From an uncultured Candidatus Saccharibacteria bacterium (GTDB lineage Bacteria > Patescibacteriota > Minisyncoccia > UBA6257 > 2-01-FULL-56-20), in contig CAYLWL010000003.1 of NCBI GenBank assembly GCA_964387675.1, forward strand, positions 6,436 to 70,435: a DNA stretch of 64,000 nt, given 5' to 3'. The translations under genes and the position numbers were made by a program. Shown here in pieces: positions 9,430 to 19,666 of this stretch. How positions within the stretch are numbered: the stretch's first letter is position 1; the number at the start of each line of letters is the position of its first letter. A model generated the notes under the pieces. That model searched no databases and had not been told where the DNA came from. It worked only from the letters and a program-made list of their open reading frames with translations.

Positions 9430-10239
9430 TTACTTTTTCTCGCCCGTGAGCAGGTAGTGATATTCCTTTTTGTATGCCGGACCGAGTTCTTCTTTAAACT
9501 TGTCTATACCTTTGTCGTGCGCCCCCGTGCCTAAAGAGAACTCTTTGCGATCCGCAAACATCCTGGCTCGCTCATGATGTAAAAAACGACTGAGCCCCTT
9601 ATATTGATAATCTACTTTTAAGTGGAGCCCCACCCACTGATCCGAATTTTCGCAAGCGATGCCCCAAGCCAAACCGGCCATTCTACCGTCGATCTCAACG
9701 TACGCTTGTTTGATATCATATTTGTTCAGGTTGTCCAAGCAGAACTGGAAGAACTCCTCGGATTCTTCGAACGTTATGCTCTCGTGTTCTTTTTGAGATT
9801 TCCAAAAGTTGTAAAACTCGATTATCTTTGCTTTGTTTGACTCACTGGCTAAGGAATACACATAGCTGGAGCGGAATTTATTCACCCTATTTTTGAGATC
9901 TCCTTTCGGCTCGACGAATTCATCTGTCGCGTAAAAAAACTCCGCTCCCATCGGTTTACTCATCAGGATTTCGATATTTCCTTTTTTGATGTTCGTGATA
10001 TCTTCCTGGGTTGCGAACGCGGTGGAGCAGCGAACCCAATTTTCTTTTTTCTTCGGCATAAAAATACAGGGGAATTCATTCGGGTAGAGAGTATCTTGCC
10101 ACACGAGGAGCGATTCGCCGTTTCTCTCGAACGTATACGCGGCAAAGTCCAAGTAGGGCCTGGTGCTGAAGTAGGAAAAAGGGAGCCCTTTTTGCAATTC
10201 AGAATGTCTATCGCTCGCAAACTTTTCCATATCACTCAT
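9430..10239 (-). CDS. GNAT-fold protein resembling DUF2156/aminoacyl-transferase C-terminal domain
   Basis: GLHLKVDYQYKGLSRFL...KGIDKFKEELGP; start placed at MSDMEK; family call from memory. Confidence 0.5.
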   Translation of the reverse strand: MSDMEKFASDRHSELQKGLPFSYFSTRPYLDFAAYTFERNGESLLVWQDTLYPNEFPCIFMPKKKENWVRCSTAFATQEDITNIKKGNIEILMSKPMGAEFFYATDEFVEPKGDLKNRVNKFRSSYVYSLASESNKAKIIEFYNFWKSQKEHESITFEESEEFFQFCLDNLNKYDIKQAYVEIDGRMAGLAWGIACENSDQWVGLHLKVDYQYKGLSRFLHHERARMFADRKEFSLGTGAHDKGIDKFKEELGPAYKKEYHYLLTGEKK

Positions 10240-10341
10240 TGAATCATTAAAAAGTTCCGGCGTCCACTTTTTTTTCGTCCCCAGCAGGAATCTCACGTCG
10301 CCCCGTTTTGCGGGACTCCTTAAAACCCAGCGGTTTTAATA

Positions 10342-10361
10342 CCTGCCTGCCGGCAGGCAGG
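10342..10361. repeat. CCTGCCTGCCGGCAGGCAGG perfect palindrome
   Basis: Identical copies at 10390-10409 and 16349-16368. Confidence 0.95.
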
Positions 10362-10389
10362 TTTCCGCCTCGGGGAAACTACCGTTTCC

Positions 10390-10409
10390 CCTGCCTGCCG
10401 GCAGGCAGG
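10390..10409. repeat. CCTGCCTGCCGGCAGGCAGG perfect palindrome
   Basis: Second identical copy. Confidence 0.95.
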
Positions 10410-10483
10410 CCGGCCCCTTTCCCGTTCGACTCCTGCCGGATTAAGTAAAAACAGGATTACATCAATCTTGTTTTTACTTAATG

Positions 10484-10556
10484 CGTCCCCGGCAGGAGTC
10501 GAACCCGCAACCTCTTGGTTCGAAGCCAAGCGCTCTATCCATTGAGCTACGGGGAC
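10484..10556 (-). tRNA. tRNA-Arg(TCG)
   Basis: GTCCCCG/CGGGGAC acceptor stem, CTTGG-CTTCGAA-CCAAG anticodon arm, GGTTCGACTCC T-arm. Confidence 0.93.
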
Positions 10557-10636
10557 ATCTTCTTTAACGTTAAAAGGAGGACCGCGTATCGTCAAGGAAG
10601 CTGGAACCGAGCGAGAGATTCGACTAGAATAAGGAG

Positions 10637-11278
10637 ATGGGCGATCCAATTCTCCTTATTTTCCAGCTTCTGGTTTTGGTGCTTTCCGTCGTGGTGCACG
10701 AACTCTCGCACGGATATGTGGCGGAGCGGTTGGGGGATCCGACGGCGCGGCTGGCAGGACGGCTGACGTTCAACCCCCTCAAGCATCTTGATCCCTTCGG
10801 TTCTTTTATGCTGCCGGCTTTGCTTTGGTTCTTGACCGGCGGCCAGATGATGTTTGGCTGGGCAAAACCGGTTCCGTACAATCCGCTGAATCTCAAGGAC
10901 CCTCTTGCGGGCGGCGGCAAAATCGCCGCGGCCGGGCCGCTCTCAAACTTTTTCATCGCGGCGGTGTTCGGGATTTTGTTCAGGATTCTTTCCGCGTCGG
11001 GCTTTGTGACCGAATTCTCGGCCGTCCTCTTTTCGATCGTCATCTATATCAACATTCTTCTTGCCGTTTTTAACCTGGTGCCGATCCCGCCCCTCGACGG
11101 ATCGAAGGTGCTGTTCTCGGTGTTGCCGAAAAAAGAATCGAGCGTGCGCCTAGCGATGTTTTTGGAGCGTTACGGAATGGCGCTCGTGATATTTTTTATT
11201 TTCTTCGGCTTCGACCTTATTCTGCCGATTATCAATTTGCTTTTTCGGTTCATAGCGGGCTGGGGAGCAGCGCTCTAA
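10637..11278 (+). CDS. Site-2 protease family (M50) membrane metalloprotease
   Basis: HELSH, GDPTA, AAGPLSN and NLVPIPPLDG motifs. Confidence 0.92.
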   Translation: MGDPILLIFQLLVLVLSVVVHELSHGYVAERLGDPTARLAGRLTFNPLKHLDPFGSFMLPALLWFLTGGQMMFGWAKPVPYNPLNLKDPLAGGGKIAAAGPLSNFFIAAVFGILFRILSASGFVTEFSAVLFSIVIYINILLAVFNLVPIPPLDGSKVLFSVLPKKESSVRLAMFLERYGMALVIFFIFFGFDLILPIINLLFRFIAGWGAAL

Positions 11279-11480
11279 TTTGTTTGACAATACTGCGGTG
11301 TTTGACGATACTGCAAGAAGTATTTGCGCCTCATTTTTAGGGAGGTTGGATCTTGAAAAATCAAACGAGAGCCGGTTTTTTGCTGTTGGGGATACTGCTT
11401 ATAGCGGGCATTCAGAGCGTTTGGGCTCAGCACCTGGACCGAAAGCTGAACATTTTTATTTCGCAAATTCTTTAATGAGA

Positions 11481-11510
11481 TTGACGCATCGACCTTTCCC
11501 GTGCTATAAT
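11481..11510 (+). promoter_or_regulatory. Sigma70-type promoter
   Basis: TTGACG-18-TATAAT with TG extension. Confidence 0.6.
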
Positions 11511-11538
11511 TCCAGGTGGTAAAACACCGGAGGTGCGT

Positions 11539-11817
11539 ATGAGAAAGCGTGAAGCCAGGAGGAAGAGGCAGAAGAACCATGCGGGCAACCGCGAGAGCTG
11601 GGCCGCTCGTCGTGAGCGGAAGCGCCGCGAGCATGTGGGCAACCACGTGATCGTGGAAAGCCCTACACCCTCGTCGACGGAAACGTCCCGGGTAACCATG
11701 TTGCCCGAGACGGTCGTCAATATCGTCGACCGAGTGGCGGCATCCGCGCGGCCGCTTCCCTCTATCCTTCCGGGGGCGGAAGCGGATCGGTTCGTTCAAA
11801 CCGGTTCGCATCGCTGA
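11539..11817 (+). CDS. Small basic hypothetical protein
   Basis: Promoter, GGAGGT SD and downstream hairpin at 11836-11860. Confidence 0.5.
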   Translation: MRKREARRKRQKNHAGNRESWAARRERKRREHVGNHVIVESPTPSSTETSRVTMLPETVVNIVDRVAASARPLPSILPGAEADRFVQTGSHR

Positions 11818-11961
11818 CACGCGGCGACGACTTATGGGGCAGGACTTATGGTCCTGCCCCTCAAAATTGTTTCTGTTATAAATGATTAATCTGTTAAGAT
11901 GTAAACAATTTAGGGTTATTGACCATTAATCTCTTTTCGTATACTATTTCTTAACATACGA

Positions 11962-12064
11962 AGCAAAGAGCAAAGAGCCGAGAGCAAAGAGCGAGTTTCG
12001 AAATATCGAAATCGAAATACCAATATTGCAAGTTTGCCCCTACGCTCTTAGCCCTACGCTCTTA
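11962..12064. repeat. AGCAAAG-heptamer hairpin (family F) in rpsL leader
   Basis: agcaaagagcaaagagccgagagcaaagagc ... tttgcccctacgctcttagccctacgctctta; same left arm as 60982-61012. Confidence 0.85.
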
Positions 12065-12073
12065 ACAAACACC

Positions 12074-12487
12074 ATGCCTACTATTCGACAACTCATTAAA
12101 CACGGACGGCACGTATTGAAGTCGAAGCCCAAGTCACCGGCCCTGTCTTTTTATTTCAACACGTTGAAAAATCGGCCGGTCGATTCCGGGTCGCCATTCA
12201 AGCGAGGAGTGTGTCTCAAAGTGTTCACGCAAACACCCAAGAAACCGAACTCGGCGTTGCGGAAAGTGTGCCGCGTGCGGCTCACGAACGGCATGGAGGT
12301 GACCGCGTACATTCCGGGCGAGGGGCACAATTTACAGGAACACTCGATTGTCGTGATTCGCGGCGGCCGCGTCAAAGACCTGCCCGGCGTGCGGTATCAC
12401 GTCGTGCGCGGCATTTTGGACACTGGGGGGGTGGATAATAGGAAACAACAAAGGAGTAAATACGGCGCGAAACGGGCAAAGAAATAG
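12074..12487 (+). CDS. rpsL: 30S ribosomal protein S12
   Basis: [28 protein letters not shown]. Confidence 0.98.
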   Translation: MPTIRQLIKHGRHVLKSKPKSPALSFYFNTLKNRPVDSGSPFKRGVCLKVFTQTPKKPNSALRKVCRVRLTNGMEVTAYIPGEGHNLQEHSIVVIRGGRVKDLPGVRYHVVRGILDTGGVDNRKQQRSKYGAKRAKK

Positions 12488-12506
12488 TATCACCTAACAC
12501 CGATAC

Positions 12507-12974
12507 ATGCGTAAAAAACGTGTCTATAAAAAATACCACGAACCGGATATGACATACGACCGAATCGATGTCGGCCGGTTTATTAATTATGTGATGCGTG
12601 ATGGCAAGAAATCGACCGCCGAGAGAATTGTTTATTCGGCTTTTGACCGCGTGAAAGAATTGACAAAAGAGGAGCCGGCAAAGGTGTTTGAGAAGGCGCT
12701 CGAAAACGTCTCGCCGGTCTTGGAAGTAAAATCGCGGCGCGTGGGAGGAGCGAATTATCAGGTGCCGATGGAGGTGCGCCCCGAGCGGCGTTTTATGCTT
12801 GCCACCCGCTGGATCATAGGCGCCGCCCGTTCGCGGAAAGGGAAGGGGATGGCGATCAAGCTTGCCGAAGAGATCGTTGCCGCATCCAAAAACGAAGGCG
12901 CGGCGATCAAAAAGAAACAAGACACGCACCGCATGGCCGAGGCAAACAGGGCATTCGCGCATTTCGCGAGATAA
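12507..12974 (+). CDS. rpsG: 30S ribosomal protein S7
   Basis: [32 protein letters not shown]. Confidence 0.98.
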   Translation: MRKKRVYKKYHEPDMTYDRIDVGRFINYVMRDGKKSTAERIVYSAFDRVKELTKEEPAKVFEKALENVSPVLEVKSRRVGGANYQVPMEVRPERRFMLATRWIIGAARSRKGKGMAIKLAEEIVAASKNEGAAIKKKQDTHRMAEANRAFAHFAR

Positions 12975-12977
12975 GAT

Positions 12978-15098
12978 ATGCCCCGACTGTATCCGATAGA
13001 AAAGGTACGTAATATCGGCATTATTGCCCATATCGACGCCGGGAAGACCACCGTCTCCGAGCGCGTGCTTTTTTATACCGGCGTTTCTCACAAAATCGGC
13101 GAGGTGCACACGGGTGATACCGTGATGGATTGGATGGAACAGGAACGCGAACGGGGGATCACCATCACCTCCGCCGCCACCACGGCTTTTTGGATACCGA
13201 CGCATGTTAGCAAAGAGCAAAGAGCAAAGAGCAAAGAGGACGAGCACATGATCAATTTAATCGATACTCCGGGACACATCGATTTTACCGTGGAGGTCAA
13301 GCGCTCGCTTCGCGTTTTGGACGGCGCCGTCGTCGTGTTCGACGGCGTGGCCGGCGTTGAGCCCCAGTCGGAAACCAACTGGCGTTACGCGGACGAATAC
13401 CACGTGCCGAGAGTTTGCTTTATTAACAAGCTGGACAGAATGGGCGCGAGCTTCGAGAAAAGTTTCGAGTCCATCAAAGATCGTCTTACTCAAAACGCCA
13501 TCCCCATCCAGCTCAACATCGGCCTCGAGGGGGATTTTAAGGGAGTAATAGATCTTCTTGAGGATAAGGCCTACGAATTCCAAGGGGAGCACGGCGAACG
13601 CATCGTCGAGGTTCCGACTCCGGACAATATGAAAGAGTCCATCAAAAAGCACCGCCACGAACTGATCGAAAAGATCGTTGATAATGACGACGAGCTGATG
13701 GCGGGCTATCTTGAGGGAAAAGACATAGACATTGCTTCGCTCAAGAAAGTTTTGCGGAAGGCCGTCATCGAGAACAAGATCGTGCCGGTGATGTGCGGTT
13801 CGGCCCTGAAGAACAAGGGAGTCCAGTTCATGCTCGACGCGGTGGTTGATTACCTGCCGTCTCCGCTTGACATTCCGCCGGTCAAGGGCATTGACCAAAA
13901 GACCGGAGCGGAAGTGTTTCGGCACCCCAAAGACGAAGAGCCGTTTTCCGCGCTCGCGTTCAAAATAGCGACCGATCCGTACGTGGGAACGCTCACATAC
14001 TTCAGGAATTATTCCGGCGTGCTCAAGAAGGGCTCGTATATTTTGAACTCCACGAAAGGCCAGCAGGAGCGCGTGGGCCGCGTCGTCCGCATGCACGCGA
14101 ACTCAAGGGAAGAAGTGGACGAAATTTACGCCGGTGAAATCGCGGCGATCGTCGGCTTGAAGAACACGACGACGGGGGACACCCTGTGCTCTCCCGACGC
14201 GCCTTTGGTGCTCGAGAGGATCACGTTTCCCGAGCCCGTCATCGGCATTCGCATTGAACCCAAAACGAAAGCCGACCAGGAGAAAATGGGCACTGCTCTG
14301 CATCGTCTCGCGGAAGAAGACCCGACGTTCCGCGTTGCCGGGGACCCGGAAACCGGAGAAACCATCATCTCCGGCATGGGCGAACTGCATTTGGAAATTA
14401 TCGTCGACCGGATGAAGCGCGAGTTCAGCGTCGATGCCTCCGTTGGCAGGCCGCAAGTCGCGTATAAAGAAACGATCATGGCCGAAGCCGAGGCGGAAGG
14501 AAAATACATCAAGCAGTCGGGGGGTCGCGGCCAATACGGGCACGTGCGCTTGCGCGTAAAGCCCCTGGAACGTGGCAAGGGATTCGAGTTTATCGACGAG
14601 ATCAAAGGAGGCGTCATTCCGCAGGAGTTCATCGCTCCGGTTGAAAAAGGCGTGAAGGAGGCGCTTGACAAAGGCGTGATCGCGCATTATCCGATGGTGG
14701 ATATCGAGGTGACGCTCTACGACGGATCGTTCCACGAAGTTGATTCTTCGGAGGCGGCGTTCAAGATCGCGGGATCCATGGCTCTCCAGGAAGCCGCGAA
14801 GCGCGCGAAGCCGGTGATTCTTGAGCCCGTTATGAAAATTCAAGTCGTGATCCCCACGGAATTTTTAGGAGAAGTTACGGGCAATTTGAATTCGAAACGC
14901 GGAAGAATCGAAGAACTTTCCGACCGGCCGAACGTTAAAGTGATCGACGCCAAAGTCCCGCTTTCCGAAATGTTCGGATATGCCACGGAACTTCGCTCGA
15001 TGACGCAAGGACGAGGGGCATTCACGTTAGAGTTTGATCATTACGAACCCGCCCCCCAAAATGTTGCCCAACTCATAATTGAAGGCAAAAAAAGGTAG
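12978..15098 (+). CDS. fusA: Elongation factor G
   Basis: [28 protein letters not shown]. Confidence 0.98.
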   Translation: MPRLYPIEKVRNIGIIAHIDAGKTTVSERVLFYTGVSHKIGEVHTGDTVMDWMEQERERGITITSAATTAFWIPTHVSKEQRAKSKEDEHMINLIDTPGHIDFTVEVKRSLRVLDGAVVVFDGVAGVEPQSETNWRYADEYHVPRVCFINKLDRMGASFEKSFESIKDRLTQNAIPIQLNIGLEGDFKGVIDLLEDKAYEFQGEHGERIVEVPTPDNMKESIKKHRHELIEKIVDNDDELMAGYLEGKDIDIASLKKVLRKAVIENKIVPVMCGSALKNKGVQFMLDAVVDYLPSPLDIPPVKGIDQKTGAEVFRHPKDEEPFSALAFKIATDPYVGTLTYFRNYSGVLKKGSYILNSTKGQQERVGRVVRMHANSREEVDEIYAGEIAAIVGLKNTTTGDTLCSPDAPLVLERITFPEPVIGIRIEPKTKADQEKMGTALHRLAEEDPTFRVAGDPETGETIISGMGELHLEIIVDRMKREFSVDASVGRPQVAYKETIMAEAEAEGKYIKQSGGRGQYGHVRLRVKPLERGKGFEFIDEIKGGVIPQEFIAPVEKGVKEALDKGVIAHYPMVDIEVTLYDGSFHEVDSSEAAFKIAGSMALQEAAKRAKPVILEPVMKIQVVIPTEFLGEVTGNLNSKRGRIEELSDRPNVKVIDAKVPLSEMFGYATELRSMTQGRGAFTLEFDHYEPAPQNVAQLIIEGKKR
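13209..13238 (+). repeat. (AGCAAAG)4 in-frame array inside fusA
   Basis: Encodes [10 protein letters not shown] just before INLIDTPGH. Confidence 0.9.
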
Positions 15099-15099
15099 G

Positions 15100-15244
15100 G
15101 CAGAGAAAAAATCTCTTTCCTCAACCCGGATTTTTTGTTCCAGCGACAAAAAATCCTTGTCCTCGTGACGGCGGCCCTCCGACATGAAAACGGAGGGACC
15201 AAGCCCGTCTGCCGCGGAGTTTTGGAAAGAGTTTCTTCTCTTGC
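15100..15244. repeat. GCTTGGT branched element, diverged copy 2 (reverse orientation)
   Basis: Terminal stem, hairpin with TCCAGCG loop, hairpin followed by ACCAAGC. Confidence 0.6.
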
Positions 15245-15408
15245 GTGAAGTCCGAGCGGGTAAGTCTTATTTCTCCATTGAGGTATATTTGCAACAAGTT
15301 GCCCGCCGAAAAGTCTCAAGCGTGCTGGACGAGTACAGTAAGTATACAAAAAAGCACGCGGCTGCTATACTCCAAGAAGCTCAATAACTTGTAAATAAGG
15401 AGGGCGTC

Positions 15409-16206
15409 GTGCTGCTTGAGTTGAGAATCAGGACGATATTGATTTGCTGCACGATGTTTCTTTTGAGGCCCGCCCTACTTGTGGCCGAAGAACCTGGCAA
15501 TTCCCAGAATCAGCTTGTGCTCAAGGAAGGGCTGAATTATTTTTACAACAGCGACTCCGAATCCGCGAACAGGAAGTTCGACGAATACATCGCGCTCGAG
15601 CCGGACGATCCGGTGGGATATTGGAGAAAGGCCTTGAGCATTTTCCTTCGCGTGAGATCCGAACAGAAAACCGACACGCCGAAGTTCAGCGAGAATCAAC
15701 GCGACGAGCTTATTACGCTCATCAATCAAGGGATTGGCGGGGCGAATACGAGAATACAAAGAGGTGATCAGTCGGACTTCAACCTCTATGTGAAAGCGTG
15801 CTTGTATTCCATCAAGGCCGGTGTGGAGTTCTCGAACGTTTCCATCTGGGCCGCGAGAGGCAGTATGAGAACCGCGATAGGCATTGCTCAGCGATCTCAA
15901 TACCAGGACGCGAAGTATCTCATCGGTCTCACCAACTACCGGGGAGCCGACCGAAACATCATCTTCGGCCTGGCAGGTCTTCCGCATGATCGCGACAAGG
16001 GTCTCAACCTGATTTTCGAAGCCGCGATCCAGAATAACGGTACCTTTGCCGACGATATCTGGTTCGCTGTCTTCAGCATCGAAACGGACAAGAGGAACGA
16101 GCGGTACTACAACCGAGCGACCGTGAGCCGCCTCTTTGAATACCTCTTTGCCAAATACCCGCACAACATGATTTTGCAGAGATACCTGAAAGAAAACAGG
16201 AAATAG
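15409..16206 (+). CDS. Secreted helical (TPR-like) hypothetical protein
   Basis: GGAGG SD; signal-like N-terminus; YIALEPDDPVGYW TPR-like segment. Confidence 0.65.
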   Translation: MLLELRIRTILICCTMFLLRPALLVAEEPGNSQNQLVLKEGLNYFYNSDSESANRKFDEYIALEPDDPVGYWRKALSIFLRVRSEQKTDTPKFSENQRDELITLINQGIGGANTRIQRGDQSDFNLYVKACLYSIKAGVEFSNVSIWAARGSMRTAIGIAQRSQYQDAKYLIGLTNYRGADRNIIFGLAGLPHDRDKGLNLIFEAAIQNNGTFADDIWFAVFSIETDKRNERYYNRATVSRLFEYLFAKYPHNMILQRYLKENRK

Positions 16207-16269
16207 ACCTCATCTCGAAAGCGTCCCCAGCTCGCGTTGCTGGGGATTTTCTTGTCCACAGCCCCTCCC

Positions 16270-16299
16270 TTGACAGAAGAACCCTATCTGGCTTAAAAT
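16270..16299 (+). promoter_or_regulatory. tuf promoter
   Basis: TTGACA-18-TAAAAT. Confidence 0.55.
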
Positions 16300-16332
16300 C
16301 CATTAAGATATAAATTAAATAGGTCGAAGAAT

Positions 16333-16440
16333 GAGCTTTTAGGTTTTACCTGCCTGCCGGCAGGCAGGGCTTATAGGTTTTAGAGTCCGGCGGTTGTCGG
16401 ACTAAAAGCTAGCACCTAGCACCTAACAGCTAAAAGCTAA
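16333..16440. repeat. AGCTTTT/TAAAAGC heptamer hairpin (family G) with nested 20-bp palindrome
   Basis: gagcttttaggtttta[palindrome]gcttataggttttag ... ctaaaagctagcacctagcacctaacagctaaaagctaa. Confidence 0.85.
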
Positions 16441-16444
16441 TTTT

Positions 16445-17644
16445 ATGGCAGAAAAAGAAAAATTCAGCAGGGCCAAGCCGCACGTGAACGTGGGGACCAT
16501 TGGCCACGTCGACCACGGCAAGACCACCTTGACCGCGGCCATCACGCACATCCTTCACTTGAAGGGTTGGGCGAAAAAAGAAGAGTCTGTCGACCAAATC
16601 GATAACGCTCCGGAAGAAAAGGCGCGCGGTATCACGATCGCTTTGCACCACTCGGAGTACGAGTCCGAAAAGCGCCACTACGCGCACATTGACGCTCCGG
16701 GACACGCCGACTACATCAAAAACATGATTACGGGCGCCGCCCAGATGGACGGTGCGATTTTGGTGGTTGCCGCCACCGACGGCCCGATGCCGCAAACGAG
16801 AGAGCACATTCTTTTGGCTCGTCAGGTGGGCGTGCCTTCGGTGATTGTTTTCTTGAACAAAGTTGACCAAGTGGACGACAAAGAATTGATAGATCTCGTC
16901 GAATCCGAAGTCCGCGAACTTTTGAAGAAATATGAATTTCCGGGAGACACGACCCCGATCATCCGCGGTTCGGCGCTCAAGGCCTTGAATGCCAAGTCGG
17001 CAGACGACGCCGACGCGAAGCCGATCATGGATTTGGTCGCCGCCCTCGACGAGCACATTCCGACTCCTGTCCGCGATCTCGACAAACCGTTCCTTATGCC
17101 GATCGAAGACATTTTCTCGATTGAAGGCCGCGGAACCGTGGTCACCGGAAGAGTCGAAAGGGGAAAGGTGAAAGTGAACGAAGAAGTGGAAATCATCGGT
17201 TTGAGGCCGACCCAAAAGACCGTCATCACTGGCATCGAAATGTTCAACAAGCTCTTGGATGAAGGTATGGCCGGAGACAACGTGGGCGCTTTGCTCCGCG
17301 GTTTGAAGAAAGAAGACGTGGAGCGCGGTCAGGTGGTTGCGAAGCCGGGGAGCGTAACGCCGCACACCGAATTCGAAACGGAGGTGTATGTTCTTTCGAA
17401 AGAGGAAGGCGGCAGGCACTCGCCATTCTTCGCTGGATACAAGCCCCAGTTCTACATCAGGACGACCGACGTTACGGGCGAAGTAACTTTGCCAACCGGC
17501 ATGGAAATGGTCATGCCCGGTGACACCGTGAAGCTCAACGTAAAGCTTATTTCTCCGGTCGCTCTTGAAGAGAAGCAGAGGTTTGCCATCAGAGAAGGCG
17601 GAAAGACGGTTGGCGCGGGGGTCGTGACGAAGATCTCGAAATAG
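16445..17644 (+). CDS. tuf: Elongation factor Tu
   Basis: [37 protein letters not shown]. Confidence 0.99.
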   Translation: MAEKEKFSRAKPHVNVGTIGHVDHGKTTLTAAITHILHLKGWAKKEESVDQIDNAPEEKARGITIALHHSEYESEKRHYAHIDAPGHADYIKNMITGAAQMDGAILVVAATDGPMPQTREHILLARQVGVPSVIVFLNKVDQVDDKELIDLVESEVRELLKKYEFPGDTTPIIRGSALKALNAKSADDADAKPIMDLVAALDEHIPTPVRDLDKPFLMPIEDIFSIEGRGTVVTGRVERGKVKVNEEVEIIGLRPTQKTVITGIEMFNKLLDEGMAGDNVGALLRGLKKEDVERGQVVAKPGSVTPHTEFETEVYVLSKEEGGRHSPFFAGYKPQFYIRTTDVTGEVTLPTGMEMVMPGDTVKLNVKLISPVALEEKQRFAIREGGKTVGAGVVTKISK

Positions 17645-17705
17645 TATCAAGTGTCATAAGTATCAAGGCGATAAGTCCTGACACTTGACACCTGACACCT
17701 GACAC
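17643..17705. repeat. GTGTCAA/TGACACT heptamer hairpin (family H)
   Basis: agtatcaagtgtcataagtatcaagg ... cctgacacttgacacctgacacctgacac. Confidence 0.85.
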
Positions 17706-17710
17706 GATAT

Positions 17711-18043
17711 ATGGCCAAAAAGAAAGAAATTGATCTCCCGCAAAAATTGCGTTTGCGGATCAAGTCATACGATCACAAGTTGATAGACAATTCCGCCCGC
17801 CAGATCATTGAGGCGGCGGAGCGGAACGACGCCAAAATCGTGGGCCCCGTGCCGCTGCCGACGGAGATCAAGCGCTACACCGTGAACCGCTCGACTTTTG
17901 TCCACAAGGATTCCCGCGAGCAATTCGAACTCCGCGTCCACAAGCGGCTCGTGGAAATCCTCAACCCCTCGGCCAAAATAATCGAATCATTGTCAAATCT
18001 CAATCTCCCGGCTGGGGTGGATGTGGAAATAAAAATGGTCTAA
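17711..18043 (+). CDS. rpsJ: 30S ribosomal protein S10
   Basis: [26 protein letters not shown]. Confidence 0.98.
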   Translation: MAKKKEIDLPQKLRLRIKSYDHKLIDNSARQIIEAAERNDAKIVGPVPLPTEIKRYTVNRSTFVHKDSREQFELRVHKRLVEILNPSAKIIESLSNLNLPAGVDVEIKMV

Positions 18044-18046
18044 ATG

Positions 18047-18071
18047 AAAAATCCCGCAGTGCGGGATTTTT
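18047..18071 (+). terminator. Intrinsic terminator after rpsJ
   Basis: aaaaatcccgc-agt-gcgggattttt. Confidence 0.8.
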
Positions 18072-18082
18072 CTTGATCTCCC

Positions 18083-18670
18083 ATGGACTTCGAGCGCGAT
18101 TTCCCGAAATTACGGAGCGATATAGTGTTTCAAACCGGCTTGCTGGGCGAGCCGTTTACGTTTCACGGCACATGGGGGCTCTTCAGCCCGACGGCGATTG
18201 ACGAAGGAAGCAGGTTGCTTTTGGAGAATATAGAAATCAAAAAGAATGGCATATCTCTCGATATCGGCTGTGGATACGGAGCGCTCGGAATACCCATTGC
18301 GAAACTTTCCCCCGAAGGCAAAGCGCATCTCGTGGACAAAGATTATGTCGCCATAGAGTACGCCAAGAAAAACGCGAAACTCAACGGCGTCAATAACTGC
18401 GAGATATATTTAAGCAACGGATTCAGCAAGGTTCCAAACGTGGAATTCGACCTTATTGTTTCCAATTTGCCCGCCAAAGTCGGCAAAGAGCTTTTCTGGA
18501 TATTTCTTGACGACGCCAAAAAACACCTGAAACCCGGAGGCAGGATATATGTCGTTACCATCTCGGGACTCCGCGAATTCATAAAACGGAATTTCAACGA
18601 CTTCTTCGGGAACTACGAAAAAGTGAAACAAGGCAGGAGCTATACCGTCGGCCTGGCGGTGAAGAAATAG
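18083..18670 (+). CDS. Class I SAM-dependent methyltransferase (RsmC/MTS-like)
   Basis: GLFS...DEGSRLL, LDIGCGYG, IVSNLP. Confidence 0.9.
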   Translation: MDFERDFPKLRSDIVFQTGLLGEPFTFHGTWGLFSPTAIDEGSRLLLENIEIKKNGISLDIGCGYGALGIPIAKLSPEGKAHLVDKDYVAIEYAKKNAKLNGVNNCEIYLSNGFSKVPNVEFDLIVSNLPAKVGKELFWIFLDDAKKHLKPGGRIYVVTISGLREFIKRNFNDFFGNYEKVKQGRSYTVGLAVKK

Positions 18671-18803
18671 CAGAGTTCGCTACACTTGCAGGCTTCTTAC
18701 TTTTTGATTTAAAATAACTAGCGCAAGCGGGGATTTTGGTAGGAGCAATCCTTGATGATCAAAATGGCAAGATAGAATAGTCAGTGCGCTATACTTTCAA
18801 AAT

Positions 18804-18971
18804 ATGAAACTCTACCGATTTAGCCCCATAGCAGACAAAGGACAACTCCTCGCGGCGATTGCGCATATCCACTTTGCGTGTTTTGAGTTATGCAAACAGG
18901 CCCTTGGTTATATGAGACCAAGAGACACGACAGAGAAAGTCAGAACGAAAATTGCTACGCCCACCACATAA
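18804..18971 (+). pseudogene. Short ORF (55 aa), possibly a deleted remnant of a longer hypothetical gene
   Basis: MKLYRFSPIADKGQLLAAIAHIHFACFELCKQALG; TATACT 8 nt upstream of ATG. Confidence 0.35.
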
Positions 18972-19078
18972 CCGCTCCCACTACATGTACCTAATATATA
19001 GATGCGATCGCAACTATATATTAGTTTGGTAAATTGTACTCCATTTGATTATGGTTCGGGTTTTGGTACAATCGATGT

Positions 19079-19435
19079 ATGAAAAATATCGCACCGGAAA
19101 TTTTTAGAAAAAGGGTACTTGTTGACGCAAGGTATGGTATCTTGGTCTCAGAACAAACTGTTCGAGAGTATCTTATCGAACTTCCTAGCGCCCTGGACTT
19201 GCGTGTGTATGGCGACCCGATCGTTCATTCCACAAGCGGTCAGGGCAAATTGGAGAACCAAGGATACGACGGATTTGCACCCCTTATAGATTCGGGCATT
19301 TACATAGGAGTATGGTCCGGTAAAAAGTTTCTTTCCTCGGTTATCTACACCTGTAAGGATTTTTCCACGGAGAAGGCGATCGAGTTCATCAAGAACTTTT
19401 TCAAAACGAGCGAAATCGAGTTTAAGGAGTTTTAG
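19079..19435 (+). CDS. S-adenosylmethionine decarboxylase-like protein
   Basis: GYDGFAPLIDSGIYIGVW...IYTCKDF, SpeD-like with D-S at the putative cleavage site. Confidence 0.7.
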   Translation: MKNIAPEIFRKRVLVDARYGILVSEQTVREYLIELPSALDLRVYGDPIVHSTSGQGKLENQGYDGFAPLIDSGIYIGVWSGKKFLSSVIYTCKDFSTEKAIEFIKNFFKTSEIEFKEF

Positions 19436-19443
19436 CGGGGCTG

Positions 19444-19472
19444 TTGACACTCCTTGCGTTATACCCTATCAT
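19444..19472 (+). promoter_or_regulatory. rplC operon promoter
   Basis: TTGACA-17-TATCAT. Confidence 0.7.
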
Positions 19473-19565
19473 TACAGTATCTCTTTAATGGACGTTCTTA
19501 TCGTTAAATAGAGAGCGTTTTCACAAGGATAGCCACCGCCGGGCTACGCCTTGGCGGTTTTTGTT

Positions 19566-19665
19566 AAGCGAAATACTAATATACTAATTCGTGCGAATGA
19601 TACTAATGGATACTAATTCGTATTATTTGTATCATTAGCATGCATTCGTATATTGGTATCACATT
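19566..19665. repeat. ATACNAAT-unit hairpin (family A)
   Basis: 100 nt identical to 24526-24625; imperfect palindrome. Confidence 0.95.
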
Positions 19666-19666
19666 T

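Larger units (their letters stand above)
10276..10481. repeat. Structured region downstream of tRNA-Arg with antisense and degenerate direct copies of the tRNA 3' end
   Basis: 10424-10439 complements 10489-10504; 10276-10296 matches 10484-10504 at 17/21. Confidence 0.75.

Noticed and set aside
8565-10504. Integrated island bounded by tRNA-Arg att repeats
   Set aside because: The degenerate 3' copy is only about 190 nt from the tRNA, encloses no gene, and no integrase is present.
10320-10649. 109-aa minus-strand ORF with PACRQAG repeats
   Set aside because: It overlaps tRNA-Arg, and the peptide repeats are translations of the palindrome.
12372-17650. Long antisense ORFs over rpsG, fusA and tuf (also over murA and others)
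   Set aside because: Shadow frames of conserved genes with no recognisable motifs.
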